From Alistipes sp. (lineage in GTDB: Bacteria; Bacteroidota; Bacteroidia; Bacteroidales; Rikenellaceae): a DNA stretch of 64,000 nucleotides. The notes under the pieces are model-generated. The model searched no databases. It saw only the letters and a list, made by a program, of their open reading frames with translations, and was not told where the DNA came from. The stretch covers positions 2,438 through 66,437 of the forward strand of contig JAZOPO010000018.1 in assembly GCA_045655585.1 (NCBI GenBank), given 5' to 3'. Shown in pieces: positions 29,744 through 39,302 of the stretch (positions are counted from its first letter, which is position 1; each line of letters starts with the position of its first letter). The translations under genes were made by a program, and so were the position numbers.

Positions 29744-31414
29744 TTAGTTCTTCTCTGTATCCTGCTCGGCGAGTATCTTGCGGTAGCGCTCGCTATCGCT
29801 AAGCAACTCAACGGCCTTTATCACCGTGCTGTCACCCACCAAGTTGTGCTCCACAACGCCCTCGTAGTAGTTGTGACGCAACACAACATCACCATTTATT
29901 ATATCCTTAATCTCGTCGCGGTAGTTGCGCAGGTTATCCATCTTCTGGTCTTTGAGCTTCGACTCAATCTGCTTCAAGTCCTCGGCAAAGTCGCTGTCGT
30001 AGCGCTCCTCCTTGGCCTTGCGCTGCAAGAGCTCCAACGCCATACGCGTCTGCGACTCGTAGGGTACATCTTTGTCGGCCATAAACTTCACAAAGTCCTC
30101 GTAGTCGGCATCCGAAATCGTAAACTTACCATTCTCAACCACCTGCGAGGGGTTGCGACGCACATACTCATCAAGGAAATCCTCGATATAACCCAGGTTG
30201 TAGAGCATAACGGCAAACGACGAGATATACTCGGTCTTTGTCTTGATATCGGGCATCAGGCCTTTGCCGTCGTAGACCTTGCGGCCTGCCACCGTGCGGA
30301 ACTCATTAATCAGTGAGTCGGGCACATTCTCCTCCTTGCCGCCCGAGTGCGAGTAGTTTATGCGCTGCACGCAACGGCCCGAGGGGATATAGTATTTAGC
30401 CGTGGTAACCTTAGCGTAGGCGTTATATCCGAGTGGCACCATAGTCTGCACCAAGCCCTTGCCATACGAACGCTGGCCCATAAGCACCGCGCGGTCCATA
30501 TCCTGCATCGCACCGCAGACAATCTCCGAAGCCGAAGCCGTATTGCCATTTATCAGCGCCACGATAGGCACATCGCCCAAGACGGGGTTAGACTCTGTGG
30601 AGTATTTTTTAAGATAGCTTCCATTGCGGCCCTTCATCGTAAGCACCTCCGAACCCTTAGGTACAAACATCGAGAGAATCTTCACCGCCTCGGCAACGCT
30701 ACCACCACCATTGTCGCGGTAGTCGAGAATAAGACCCTTCAACTCGCCCGACGCACGCAGACGCTCCACCTCGGCACGCATATCGTCGTAGCAGCCATCG
30801 GTAAAATCGTCGTGGCGGATATAGCCAATACCATCGGCCACAAAGCCCGCATAAGGCACTCCCGAGATGGTGATGCGTGCTCGCGTGAGCTCCATCTCCT
30901 CCACCTCGCCTGTCATAACACGCTTGATGGCGAGCTTAACCTTCGTGCCGGGCGTACCCTTCAATCGTGACGACACCTGCTCGGTGGTGAAGCCTGTGGC
31001 ATCCTCGCCATCGATGCGAATGAACTTATCGCCAATCTTCAAGCCTGCCAAATCCGAGGGCGTGCCCTTGTAGGGTTGTGCGATGACAACACCGCTGCTG
31101 TCGCGCTTCATACGAATCGTAGCACCGATACCGCCATACTTACCCGTAGCCTTAACCTCGAAGTCGCTCATCTCCTTCTCGGACATAAACTCGGTGTAGG
31201 GGTCGAGGTTGCGCACCATACCCACAGCACCATCCTTCATAAGTTTGTCGGCCTCCACCTCGTCTACATACTGCAACGAGAGCTCGCGCATAAGGTTGAC
31301 CATAATCTCGATGTTGCGGCCCAGGCCGAAATCATCGCGCGTAGCCCACACACCTGTTGCGACAGCCGCCACAACAAGCGCCACAAGGCTATATCTCTTT
31401 ACTCTTTTCATCAT
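29744..31414 (-). CDS. S41 family C-terminal processing peptidase
   Basis: LDPYT, PDZ domain, DYRDNGGG, TASASEI, GKGLVQ. Confidence 0.93.
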   Translation of the reverse strand: MMKRVKRYSLVALVVAAVATGVWATRDDFGLGRNIEIMVNLMRELSLQYVDEVEADKLMKDGAVGMVRNLDPYTEFMSEKEMSDFEVKATGKYGGIGATIRMKRDSSGVVIAQPYKGTPSDLAGLKIGDKFIRIDGEDATGFTTEQVSSRLKGTPGTKVKLAIKRVMTGEVEEMELTRARITISGVPYAGFVADGIGYIRHDDFTDGCYDDMRAEVERLRASGELKGLILDYRDNGGGSVAEAVKILSMFVPKGSEVLTMKGRNGSYLKKYSTESNPVLGDVPIVALINGNTASASEIVCGAMQDMDRAVLMGQRSYGKGLVQTMVPLGYNAYAKVTTAKYYIPSGRCVQRINYSHSGGKEENVPDSLINEFRTVAGRKVYDGKGLMPDIKTKTEYISSFAVMLYNLGYIEDFLDEYVRRNPSQVVENGKFTISDADYEDFVKFMADKDVPYESQTRMALELLQRKAKEERYDSDFAEDLKQIESKLKDQKMDNLRNYRDEIKDIINGDVVLRHNYYEGVVEHNLVGDSTVIKAVELLSDSERYRKILAEQDTEKN

Positions 31415-31422
31415 AAAACTCA

Positions 31423-31872
31423 CTATCTACCCATACGGTAAACAACCTTCGCCACACCGCGACGGATGCCTGTAATGTCAATCCACTGACCATACTGCTC
31501 GACTGTAATCTCGTCCTCGAACAACATAACCAGACGGCTCAGAATATTATCGGCACGAAATACCATACGACCCTCGCTCTCCTCTTTGAGGCTGAAACCC
31601 GCAACGGCAAACATCTGCACAATGTAGTCGTGCTCCTCCTGCATATCGCACTCCACACGGCGTGTCATAAAGCCCATACGGGGATAGATGGCCGACAACA
31701 CAACAACAGCTGCGCCCAGCATCTGGCCCTTGGTAGTAGAGAATGTTGCCACGATATAATCCCACGCGCTGATATCCATACCCTTGGTGGTCATAATGCT
31801 CAGGTAGACGATACCTACATACAAAACGCAGAAGGCTGCAAAATATTTCGCAGAACGAATCAAATACTTCAT
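31423..31872 (-). CDS. Hypothetical membrane protein
   Basis: Two hydrophobic helices; operon position. Confidence 0.7.
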   Translation of the reverse strand: MKYLIRSAKYFAAFCVLYVGIVYLSIMTTKGMDISAWDYIVATFSTTKGQMLGAAVVVLSAIYPRMGFMTRRVECDMQEEHDYIVQMFAVAGFSLKEESEGRMVFRADNILSRLVMLFEDEITVEQYGQWIDITGIRRGVAKVVYRMGR

Positions 31873-31897
31873 AATCAACTTTTTATATTTTCACTTA

Positions 31898-32761
31898 TTA
31901 ATATTTCTCCTCAATAGCCTTTGCCACGCGCGCCATCAGCCACGCAGGCGTAGATGTTGCACCGCAGATTCCAACGCTCTGGCAATCATCGAACCACTCG
32001 GCCTGCAACTCGCTCTCCTCCTCGATATTGTAGCAACGCTCGTTGGCCGCACGGCATACATTAAACAGCACTCGTCCGTTGCTCGACTTCTTACCGCAGA
32101 CGAAGATAACCACATCGAAGCGCGTAGCAAACTCGCCCAGCGCCTTCTCGCGGTTAGAGACGCGGCGACAGATAGTGTCGTCCACCGTGAGCATACCCTC
32201 ATCGCCCAGACGCTCCTTCATCTCATCGGCAAGCTGCCAAAACAGAGCCACGCTCTGCGTGGTCTGCGAGAGGAAGAATATGGGACGCGAGAAATCTACC
32301 TGCTGCAAATCCTCCTCGCGCTCCACGACGATGGTAGGCTGCTCGACCTGACCCGTGAGGCCCACAACCTCGGCGTGACCTCGCTTACCGAGGATTACCA
32401 CCTGACCACCCACACGCGCCATCTGCTCGTGTGCCGCCACAACCTTGCGCTGCAACTGCGCCACAACGGGGCAGGTAGCATCTATGATGCGTATGCCCAG
32501 CTCCTCGGCACGGCGGTATGTTGTCGGCGGCTCACCGTGTGCACGGATGAAGAGGTTACGACCACCGAGACTCTCCATATCCTCGTGTGTGACGGTCTTC
32601 AAACCCAAGGCTTCGAGGCGCTGCACCTCCATACGGTTGTGGACAATATCGCCCAGCGAGTAGACCTCGCCCTGCAACTCCGCCACGGCAGCCTCGGCCT
32701 TCGAGATGGCACGCACCACACCGAAGCAGAATCCCGAATTTTTATCTATCTCGACCAGCAT
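31898..32761 (-). CDS. ispH: 4-hydroxy-3-methylbut-2-enyl diphosphate reductase
   Basis: GFCFGV, IVHN, RAHG, DATCP, SQTT, SSN, GATSTP. Confidence 0.96.
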   Translation of the reverse strand: MLVEIDKNSGFCFGVVRAISKAEAAVAELQGEVYSLGDIVHNRMEVQRLEALGLKTVTHEDMESLGGRNLFIRAHGEPPTTYRRAEELGIRIIDATCPVVAQLQRKVVAAHEQMARVGGQVVILGKRGHAEVVGLTGQVEQPTIVVEREEDLQQVDFSRPIFFLSQTTQSVALFWQLADEMKERLGDEGMLTVDDTICRRVSNREKALGEFATRFDVVIFVCGKKSSNGRVLFNVCRAANERCYNIEEESELQAEWFDDCQSVGICGATSTPAWLMARVAKAIEEKY

Positions 32762-32764
32762 ACT

Positions 32765-33466
32765 CTATGCGTTTACAATCTTCTGGTAGCGCTCCATAAA
32801 CCACGCCATCTGCTCCTCGACACTCATATAACTGTTGTCCAGCACCACAGCATCCTCGGCCTGACGCAACGGAGAGATAGCACGCTCCATATCGGCCTTG
32901 TCGCGCGAGATGACATTTTCCAAAATCTCCTCCATAGTGACCTTGTCGCCCTTGGCGGTAAGCTCGGCATAGCGACGCTCGGCACGCACCCCAGCATCGG
33001 CCGTCATAAAAATCTTCAACTCGGCATCGGGGAAGACCACCGTACCAATATCGCGGCCATCCATCACAACACCGCGCTCGCGACCCATCTGCTGCTGCAT
33101 AGCAACCAGCTTCTCGCGCACCTCGCGGATAGAGCTAACCTTGCTCACGCAGTTGCTCACTTCGATTGTGCGGATTCTGTCCTCGGCAAGCTCGCCATTG
33201 ACATAAATATCGCTGGCACCACGCTCGGCATTGAAGCGGAACGAGATGTTAATCTCGGGCAACAGTGCCACAACCTTGGCCTCATCGACTGCGCCATCAT
33301 TGAAAGCTCCGTGCTCCAAGGCGTAGAGCGTAACGGCACGGTACATCGCGCCCGTATCGATGAAGATATATCCCAATCGCGCGGCGATAGCCTTGGCGAA
33401 GGTACTCTTGCCACACGACGAGAAGCCGTCGAGGGCGATAACTATTTTTTTTCTCTGCTGTTCCAT
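32765..33466 (-). CDS. cmk: Cytidylate kinase
   Basis: DGFSSCGKST, DTGAMYR, MDGRDIGTVVFP. Confidence 0.96.
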   Translation of the reverse strand: MEQQRKKIVIALDGFSSCGKSTFAKAIAARLGYIFIDTGAMYRAVTLYALEHGAFNDGAVDEAKVVALLPEINISFRFNAERGASDIYVNGELAEDRIRTIEVSNCVSKVSSIREVREKLVAMQQQMGRERGVVMDGRDIGTVVFPDAELKIFMTADAGVRAERRYAELTAKGDKVTMEEILENVISRDKADMERAISPLRQAEDAVVLDNSYMSVEEQMAWFMERYQKIVNA

Positions 33467-34128
33467 TACGAAGGAAGAATATCAAAAAAGGTTGAAATAA
33501 TCGTATATACACCCAGCACGCCGATGATGACACCTGCGATGTGGTTTATAGTAAGCATATGGCGCGGGCGGAAGCGGCGGCGGAAGTAGTCGATTGTAAA
33601 GGTGAGACCCACCCACCACGAAACAGCACCTGCCAAGAAGCCCAAAATGGTCATACTGCTACGCACCAGCGAAGCCATATCACCCTCCGACTGCAAGCCC
33701 ACATTAAACATTGCGAAGAATGCCAACAGGTAGGGGATAACCACAACAAAGTTGGCAAGCGTAAATACAAACATTGACGAGTAGTCCTGCCACAGATTGG
33801 TCTTGCCAGCACGATTCTTGCGGATTTGCGGCACGGGGTTTTGGAAGAATATGTAGACACCCACGATGACCACAAATATGCCGCCTATGACCTGCAATAT
33901 CGCGCTATACTCCTCGATTTGCGCCTGCAACATCGAGTAGAAGAAGAAGGCGATGATAGCCATCATCATATCGGCCGTAGCCACGCCCAATCCCGAGGCC
34001 AATCCCGAGCGCAGGTCCTTGCTCAGCGTGCGCTGAATACAGAGCACAGCCACGGGACCAACGGTGATTGAGGATGCCAAGCCGACACCCAAGCCTCGCA
34101 GGAATATATCTATTGCACTTACTATCAT
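33466..34128 (-). CDS. LysE family translocator
   Basis: VGPVAVLCIQRTL...GLASGLGVATAD. Confidence 0.85.
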   Translation of the reverse strand: MIVSAIDIFLRGLGVGLASSITVGPVAVLCIQRTLSKDLRSGLASGLGVATADMMMAIIAFFFYSMLQAQIEEYSAILQVIGGIFVVIVGVYIFFQNPVPQIRKNRAGKTNLWQDYSSMFVFTLANFVVVIPYLLAFFAMFNVGLQSEGDMASLVRSSMTILGFLAGAVSWWVGLTFTIDYFRRRFRPRHMLTINHIAGVIIGVLGVYTIISTFFDILPS

Positions 34129-34413
34129 TCTGCAAAAAAATGTTTATTAGGGTACAAAGTTACGCATTTAATATGAAATATTAAAACTTCAACCCCTACT
34201 TGGTGCGATTATTGCCCAAAGAGTCACTCAATAGCTCGCACGAGTGTCGATTTCGGGCCACAAAGTATGCAGAAATTGCGCAGCGGAAGAGCAAAGCAAC
34301 GAAGGTTAGCGGAATGCGAACGAAAATTGTTAATAATTTATCGAAAACTTTATCTCTCAGGCAGTTTACGAGGGCCGAAAAAAGAGTAATTTTGCGTAGA
34401 AAAGGTCGTAGTT

Positions 34414-34734
34414 ATGACAGAATTTAAGAAACAGGGACAAGGGATGGAGATTCATCTCTCGGAGGAGGTTGCTCAGGGCAACTACTCAAATTTGGCAATT
34501 ATAGCACACTCGTCGTCGGAGTTCATCATCGACTTTGCGTCGATACTGCCCGGTATGCAGAAGGCGAATGTCAGCACGCGTGTGATTCTCACCCCCGAGC
34601 ACGCCAAGCGTCTGCTCTACTCGTTGCAGGACAACATCACCCGCTACGAGAGCAACATAGCAAAGATTGATATTCACAAGTCACTGTCGAGCGAAGACCC
34701 CATTATGAATATGGGTCCGATGGGAAATGCGTAA
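34414..34734 (+). CDS. DUF3467 domain protein
   Basis: GNYSNLAIIAHSSSEFIIDF...RVILTPEHAKRL. Confidence 0.85.
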   Translation: MTEFKKQGQGMEIHLSEEVAQGNYSNLAIIAHSSSEFIIDFASILPGMQKANVSTRVILTPEHAKRLLYSLQDNITRYESNIAKIDIHKSLSSEDPIMNMGPMGNA

Positions 34735-34749
34735 AAGATAGATGATTGA

Positions 34750-34795
34750 TTCATAACACAATAGCCACTCTGCGGAGTGGCTATTGTGTTATGAA
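34750..34795. terminator. 21-bp perfect hairpin between convergent genes
   Basis: TTCATAACACAATAGCCACTC-tgcg-GAGTGGCTATTGTGTTATGAA. Confidence 0.7.
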
Positions 34796-34808
34796 AAGGG
34801 TTGTTTTT

Positions 34809-34862
34809 TATAGGTATTATAGGTGTTATAAGTGTTATAGGTAATCTCCTATAATTCCTATA
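34809..34862. repeat. 9-bp TATAGGTRT-like tandem repeat with inverted copies
   Basis: TATAGGTAT/TATAGGTGT/TATAAGTGT/TATAGGTAA then CTCCTATA, ATTCCTATA. Confidence 0.6.
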
Positions 34863-36150
34863 TCTCTGCTACTACAAAGTTACTTCCCCCAATAAAAATC
34901 ATATCTCTCTCGGTGGCTAGCTCGCGGGCACGGGCCAGAGCCGAGGCAACGGTTGGGCGCACCTCTCCCTCCAAGCCAAATGCGGAGGCCTTGACGGCAA
35001 GCGCATCTGCGGGAAGTGAGCGCGGTGACGAAGCCTGCGTGAAGATGTAATATGCATTGCGCGGCAAGAGCGCAAGGATGTCATCGATGCTCTTCTCCTT
35101 GGCAAAACCTATGACGCAAATCTGCTTGTCGTACTCGGCCGACAGGCGATTTAACTCCCCTGCTATATACTTAATACCGTGCGCATTATGCCCCGTATCA
35201 CACACCGTGTACGGCTTATCCGAGAGCTGCTGCCAGCGCCCTGCAAGCGAGGTGGTAGCGACAACATTTGCCATACCCTCGACAAAGGCTTTGCGCGAGA
35301 TTGTGATTTTTGTCTCTCTGTCGAGATAGTCGGCTGCCGCCGCGGCTGTGATGACATTGTGATACTGATACTCGCCCGCAAGGTCCATATTCAGTTCAAA
35401 GCGGCGCATATCGCGCACGCGGTCAACAGTCATACGCTGGTGGTCGCGCTCACGCTTATGCTCCACGACAGAGACCTCCTGCTGGGCGTATATCAGACGC
35501 GAGCCAAGCTCGGCTGCTCGCTGCTCAAAGACGCTGTTATACTCCTCGCTGGCCTCACCCAGCACTACGGGTACGCCTGCCTTGATGATACCCGCCTTCT
35601 CACCTGCCACCTTCGCGATGGTGTCGCCAAGCAGGTCGGTGTGGTCCAAGCCGATGTTAGTCACAACGCTAAGCACAGGCGTGATGATATTCGTTGCGTC
35701 CAAGCGACCTCCTAGGCCCGTCTCAATGACTGCCACCTCAACATCGCTCGAAGAAAAGAAGTCGAAGGCCATAGCCGTAGTCATCTCGAAGAACGAGAGG
35801 TCCAGCTCGCGCATCTTATCCTTATGCTTTGCCACGAACTCTACCACCTCGCGCTCGGAAATCATCTCTCCATCGACACGCATACGCTCACGGAAGTCGC
35901 GCAGATGTGGTGAGGTGAACAACCCCACGCGATAGCCTGCGTGCTGCAACACCGAGGCCAACATATTCGACACCGAGCCCTTGCCGTTTGTGCCAGCGAT
36001 ATGTATCGTAAGGTAGTTACACTGCGGGTTGCCCAAGTAGTGACAGAAGTCACGAACACGCTCCAAGCCGGGTTTGTAGGCATCGGCACCCACCTGCTGA
36101 AACGAGGGAGTGGTAGTGAATAGATACTCTATGGTCTGTGAATAATTCAT
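34858..36150 (-). CDS. folC: Folylpolyglutamate synthase/dihydrofolate synthase
   Basis: HIAGTNGKGS, FTSPHL, ETGLGGRLDATN, DTGHN. Confidence 0.95.
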   Translation of the reverse strand: MNYSQTIEYLFTTTPSFQQVGADAYKPGLERVRDFCHYLGNPQCNYLTIHIAGTNGKGSVSNMLASVLQHAGYRVGLFTSPHLRDFRERMRVDGEMISEREVVEFVAKHKDKMRELDLSFFEMTTAMAFDFFSSSDVEVAVIETGLGGRLDATNIITPVLSVVTNIGLDHTDLLGDTIAKVAGEKAGIIKAGVPVVLGEASEEYNSVFEQRAAELGSRLIYAQQEVSVVEHKRERDHQRMTVDRVRDMRRFELNMDLAGEYQYHNVITAAAAADYLDRETKITISRKAFVEGMANVVATTSLAGRWQQLSDKPYTVCDTGHNAHGIKYIAGELNRLSAEYDKQICVIGFAKEKSIDDILALLPRNAYYIFTQASSPRSLPADALAVKASAFGLEGEVRPTVASALARARELATERDMIFIGGSNFVVAEI

Positions 36151-36151
36151 A

Positions 36152-37705
36152 CTAAACTAAATGATTTTTGCGTCGAACGCGATAAGCCGAAAAATACAAT
36201 ACGCCAAGCAGAGTGAGCAGCAGACCCATACGGCCCACCCAATCGCCATACTTGACATAGGCTGTCGTGCGTTGCGAGAGCTCCACCTCCTGCGTCAGTA
36301 CACCACGCTTATCCCAGTCCAGACGCTGAGATACATCTCCGCGCGAGGTGATAAATCCTGACACACCTGTGTTAGCACTGCGGGCTATGGCACGGCGTGT
36401 CTCGATGGCACGCAGACGGCAGAAGTCGAAGAGGCGCTTATGGCCGGGAGTGTTACCCCACCAGCCATCGTTCGACATAACGAGCATAACATCTGCGCCC
36501 TCGCGCACAAAGCGGGCAAACCAATCGCCATAAAGACCCTCGTAACAGATGGCAGGACCAGCCTTGACACCCTCCTTCTCGAATATTGCAGCGTGGTCGC
36601 TACGGCCCAGCTGGCCCGACACGCCTCCGAGGTTAATGAGTCGGCTAAGGCTTGTAAACCACCACGGCATAGCCTCCACGCCAATAACAAGGCGCATCTT
36701 GTGGTGTATATCCTCTCGGCCGTCGCCGCCGATGGCTATGGCTGAGTTGTAAATATCGTAGAATGTACCCATACTAATGCGTGCTGTCTCTGTGGGGGTC
36801 TCACCCGGAGCGTAATATTTAATGGTAGATGCTCCCACGGCAATCATAGCATCGGAGCCGTGACTTGCAAGCGTCTGCTGCAACATTCTCACCGTTGCGG
36901 CACTCTGCGGCTCATTGTCATCAACCAAGTCGGGCAGGGCCGTCTCGGGAAGAACGACAATCTTCGTATCGGCAGGGGTCTGTGCCAAAAGGCCAGCCAA
37001 GGTCTGCATCTGCGCCGCCTCCGTACCTGCGAACTTCTCCTCGTAGCAGTCGATATTAGGCTGTACGACAGATATTTTCGCACTCTGCGACTGCGGCTCA
37101 TAACTCCAATACATCACCACCGACACCACGATAGGCACAACGATAACCGCAGCGGCACGCACCTTTGACCAGAGGGTCTTATTCTTAACCATCTCAAAGA
37201 TGGCAATGTTGCTCAGCAAAACCCACAGCGAGCCCCCCAGCACGCCTGTATATTCGTACCACTGCACTGCCCACGGCGTTGCCGAGAAGCCATTACCCGC
37301 AACAAGCCACGGGAATGAGAGCACCTCGGTGCGGATGTAGAGAAACTCCGTAGCCACCCACGCAGCCACTAGCACGGTGTAGGCCACCGACTTGGGCGCA
37401 CGCTTGGAGATGTAGTGATAGAGCATAAAGGCCACCATATTCCAGAATGTAGAGACGATGGTTGCGGCGATAGGGCCGATGGGCGTTGCAATCCACACCC
37501 ACCACACGGTGACAATGTTCCACAGGGCGAAGGTGAGTGATGCCCACCCCGCCATACGCCACCAGTCGCGCTTGGAGTCGGAGTATGAGTCACTGATAAG
37601 TAGCAGGGGCACCAGGCCCACCAAAAGAGAGAATCCGACCGTGCCGAGCCAACCCACCGAAAGCAGGACGACGGATATAACTACATATAGAAGTTTTCGT
37701 TGCAT
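36152..37705 (-). CDS. lnt: Apolipoprotein N-acyltransferase
   Basis: VQPN, LPET, ICYE, NDGWW, RAIETRR, RSANTG. Confidence 0.92.
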   Translation of the reverse strand: MQRKLLYVVISVVLLSVGWLGTVGFSLLVGLVPLLLISDSYSDSKRDWWRMAGWASLTFALWNIVTVWWVWIATPIGPIAATIVSTFWNMVAFMLYHYISKRAPKSVAYTVLVAAWVATEFLYIRTEVLSFPWLVAGNGFSATPWAVQWYEYTGVLGGSLWVLLSNIAIFEMVKNKTLWSKVRAAAVIVVPIVVSVVMYWSYEPQSQSAKISVVQPNIDCYEEKFAGTEAAQMQTLAGLLAQTPADTKIVVLPETALPDLVDDNEPQSAATVRMLQQTLASHGSDAMIAVGASTIKYYAPGETPTETARISMGTFYDIYNSAIAIGGDGREDIHHKMRLVIGVEAMPWWFTSLSRLINLGGVSGQLGRSDHAAIFEKEGVKAGPAICYEGLYGDWFARFVREGADVMLVMSNDGWWGNTPGHKRLFDFCRLRAIETRRAIARSANTGVSGFITSRGDVSQRLDWDKRGVLTQEVELSQRTTAYVKYGDWVGRMGLLLTLLGVLYFSAYRVRRKNHLV

Positions 37706-37813
37706 ACAAGGTTAATATTTGTGCAAATATACGACAACGCGGGCGGAGTACAAAATTTCGTTTGCGATTAACGAAACACTTTTTTATATTTGTATAACTA
37801 AATTGTACCTAAT

Positions 37814-38707
37814 ATGAGCAATTCACAAGAAAACTACATCGTAGGCATAGGCGAGGCGCTGTGGGATATGCTTCCCGAGGGCCGCAAGATAGGTGGCGCA
37901 CCCGCCAACTTCACATTCCACGCAGCACAGTTCGGACTCGACGCTGTGGCCGTGAGTGCTGTGGGCGATGATGCGCTGGGCGAGGAGATTCGCCAGACAT
38001 TCGCGCAGAAGGGCTTGCAGACCCTGCTTGCCACCGTACCTCAACCCACGGGAACGGTAGAGGTTACGCTCGACAATAAGGGCATTCCCCATTACGACAT
38101 CTGCGAGGGTGTGGCGTGGGACAACATACCCTTCACACCCGAGTTGGAGGCCCTGGCACGCAACACCATAGCTGTATGCTACGGCACACTGGCACAGCGC
38201 AACAGCGTGTCGCGCAAGACCATAGAGTCGTTCCTCGCGGCGATGCCCGAGGAGGGAATCAAGATTTGTGATATAAATCTGCGTGGCACATTCTACTCTA
38301 AGGAGATTATCGAGGCTTCGATGCGCGCGTGCGATATTCTGAAAATCAACGATGAGGAGATTGACGAGGTATGCCGTCTGCTCGGCACGGAGCTACCCAC
38401 GCAGCGTATGGCGGCGCTGAATCTTATGTCGCGCTACGAGATAGATATGCTGATTCTCACCTGCGGAACAAAAGGCAGTTACATCTACTGCTTAGACGGC
38501 ACCGAGTCGTTCCTCGCAACGCCCAAGGTGGAGGTTGCCGACACGGTGGGTGCAGGCGACTCGTTCACGGGTGCGTTTATTGCCGCACTGCTGATGGGCA
38601 AGGAGGTGAAGAAGGCACACGCCCTGGCGGTGGAGGTGTCGGCCTATGTCTGCACGCAGAGCGGAGCTATGCCCGAGTTGCCTGAGAAAATTATAGATAA
38701 ATTATAA
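37814..38707 (+). CDS. PfkB family carbohydrate kinase (fructokinase-like)
   Basis: GEALWD, GGAPAN, DINLR, DTVGAGDSF. Confidence 0.92.
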   Translation: MSNSQENYIVGIGEALWDMLPEGRKIGGAPANFTFHAAQFGLDAVAVSAVGDDALGEEIRQTFAQKGLQTLLATVPQPTGTVEVTLDNKGIPHYDICEGVAWDNIPFTPELEALARNTIAVCYGTLAQRNSVSRKTIESFLAAMPEEGIKICDINLRGTFYSKEIIEASMRACDILKINDEEIDEVCRLLGTELPTQRMAALNLMSRYEIDMLILTCGTKGSYIYCLDGTESFLATPKVEVADTVGAGDSFTGAFIAALLMGKEVKKAHALAVEVSAYVCTQSGAMPELPEKIIDKL

Positions 38708-38708
38708 G

Positions 38709-39302
38709 ATGAAACGACTTTTATACACCATACTTTTTGCCATCGCAATGACAAGCTGTAACCAATGTTTCACCCCTGCCGAGCAGGCGACAATTCGCGC
38801 AGGCGAGAGGGATATAATGTATGTGCTGAGCCTTGCCGAGAGTCCCGACTCGACTATTCTGCGCCAAAAGAGTCTGCCCCTGAGCGAGCAGATTGTGCAG
38901 AGCGAGGATTACGCCCTGCTGCGCCGTCGTATGCTGGCCACGGTGCAAGACCCCGAAAACGAGGGTATCGGCATAGCCGCACCGCAGGTGGGTGTACTAC
39001 GCCGTATGGTTGCCGTGCAGCGATTTGACAAGGAGGGTGAGCCCTTTGAGTTCTTCCTCAACCCCGAGATTGTGGAGCGCATAGGCGAGAAGAAGGCTGG
39101 TGGCGAGGGGTGCTTGTCGGTACCCGATATTCGTGGCGATGTGGAGCGTTGGCAGACCATTCGCCTGCGCTACCGTGACGAGCAGTTCGCTGAGCGTGAA
39201 GAGATAATCGAGGGCTTCACGGCTGTGATATTCCAGCACGAGTTGGACCACCTCGACGGCACACTTTTCGTAGATTATCTGGACGCTCCGCAGGCGGAAT
39301 AG
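38709..39302 (+). CDS. def: Peptide deformylase with N-terminal lipoprotein signal
   Basis: GIGIAAPQVG, EGCLS, QHELDH intact; MKRLLYTILFAIAMTSC lipobox-like N-terminus. Confidence 0.9.
   Translation: MKRLLYTILFAIAMTSCNQCFTPAEQATIRAGERDIMYVLSLAESPDSTILRQKSLPLSEQIVQSEDYALLRRRMLATVQDPENEGIGIAAPQVGVLRRMVAVQRFDKEGEPFEFFLNPEIVERIGEKKAGGEGCLSVPDIRGDVERWQTIRLRYRDEQFAEREEIIEGFTAVIFQHELDHLDGTLFVDYLDAPQAE

Noticed and set aside
32375-33589. 404-aa plus-strand ORF
   Set aside because: Antisense shadow of cmk/ispH caused by codon bias
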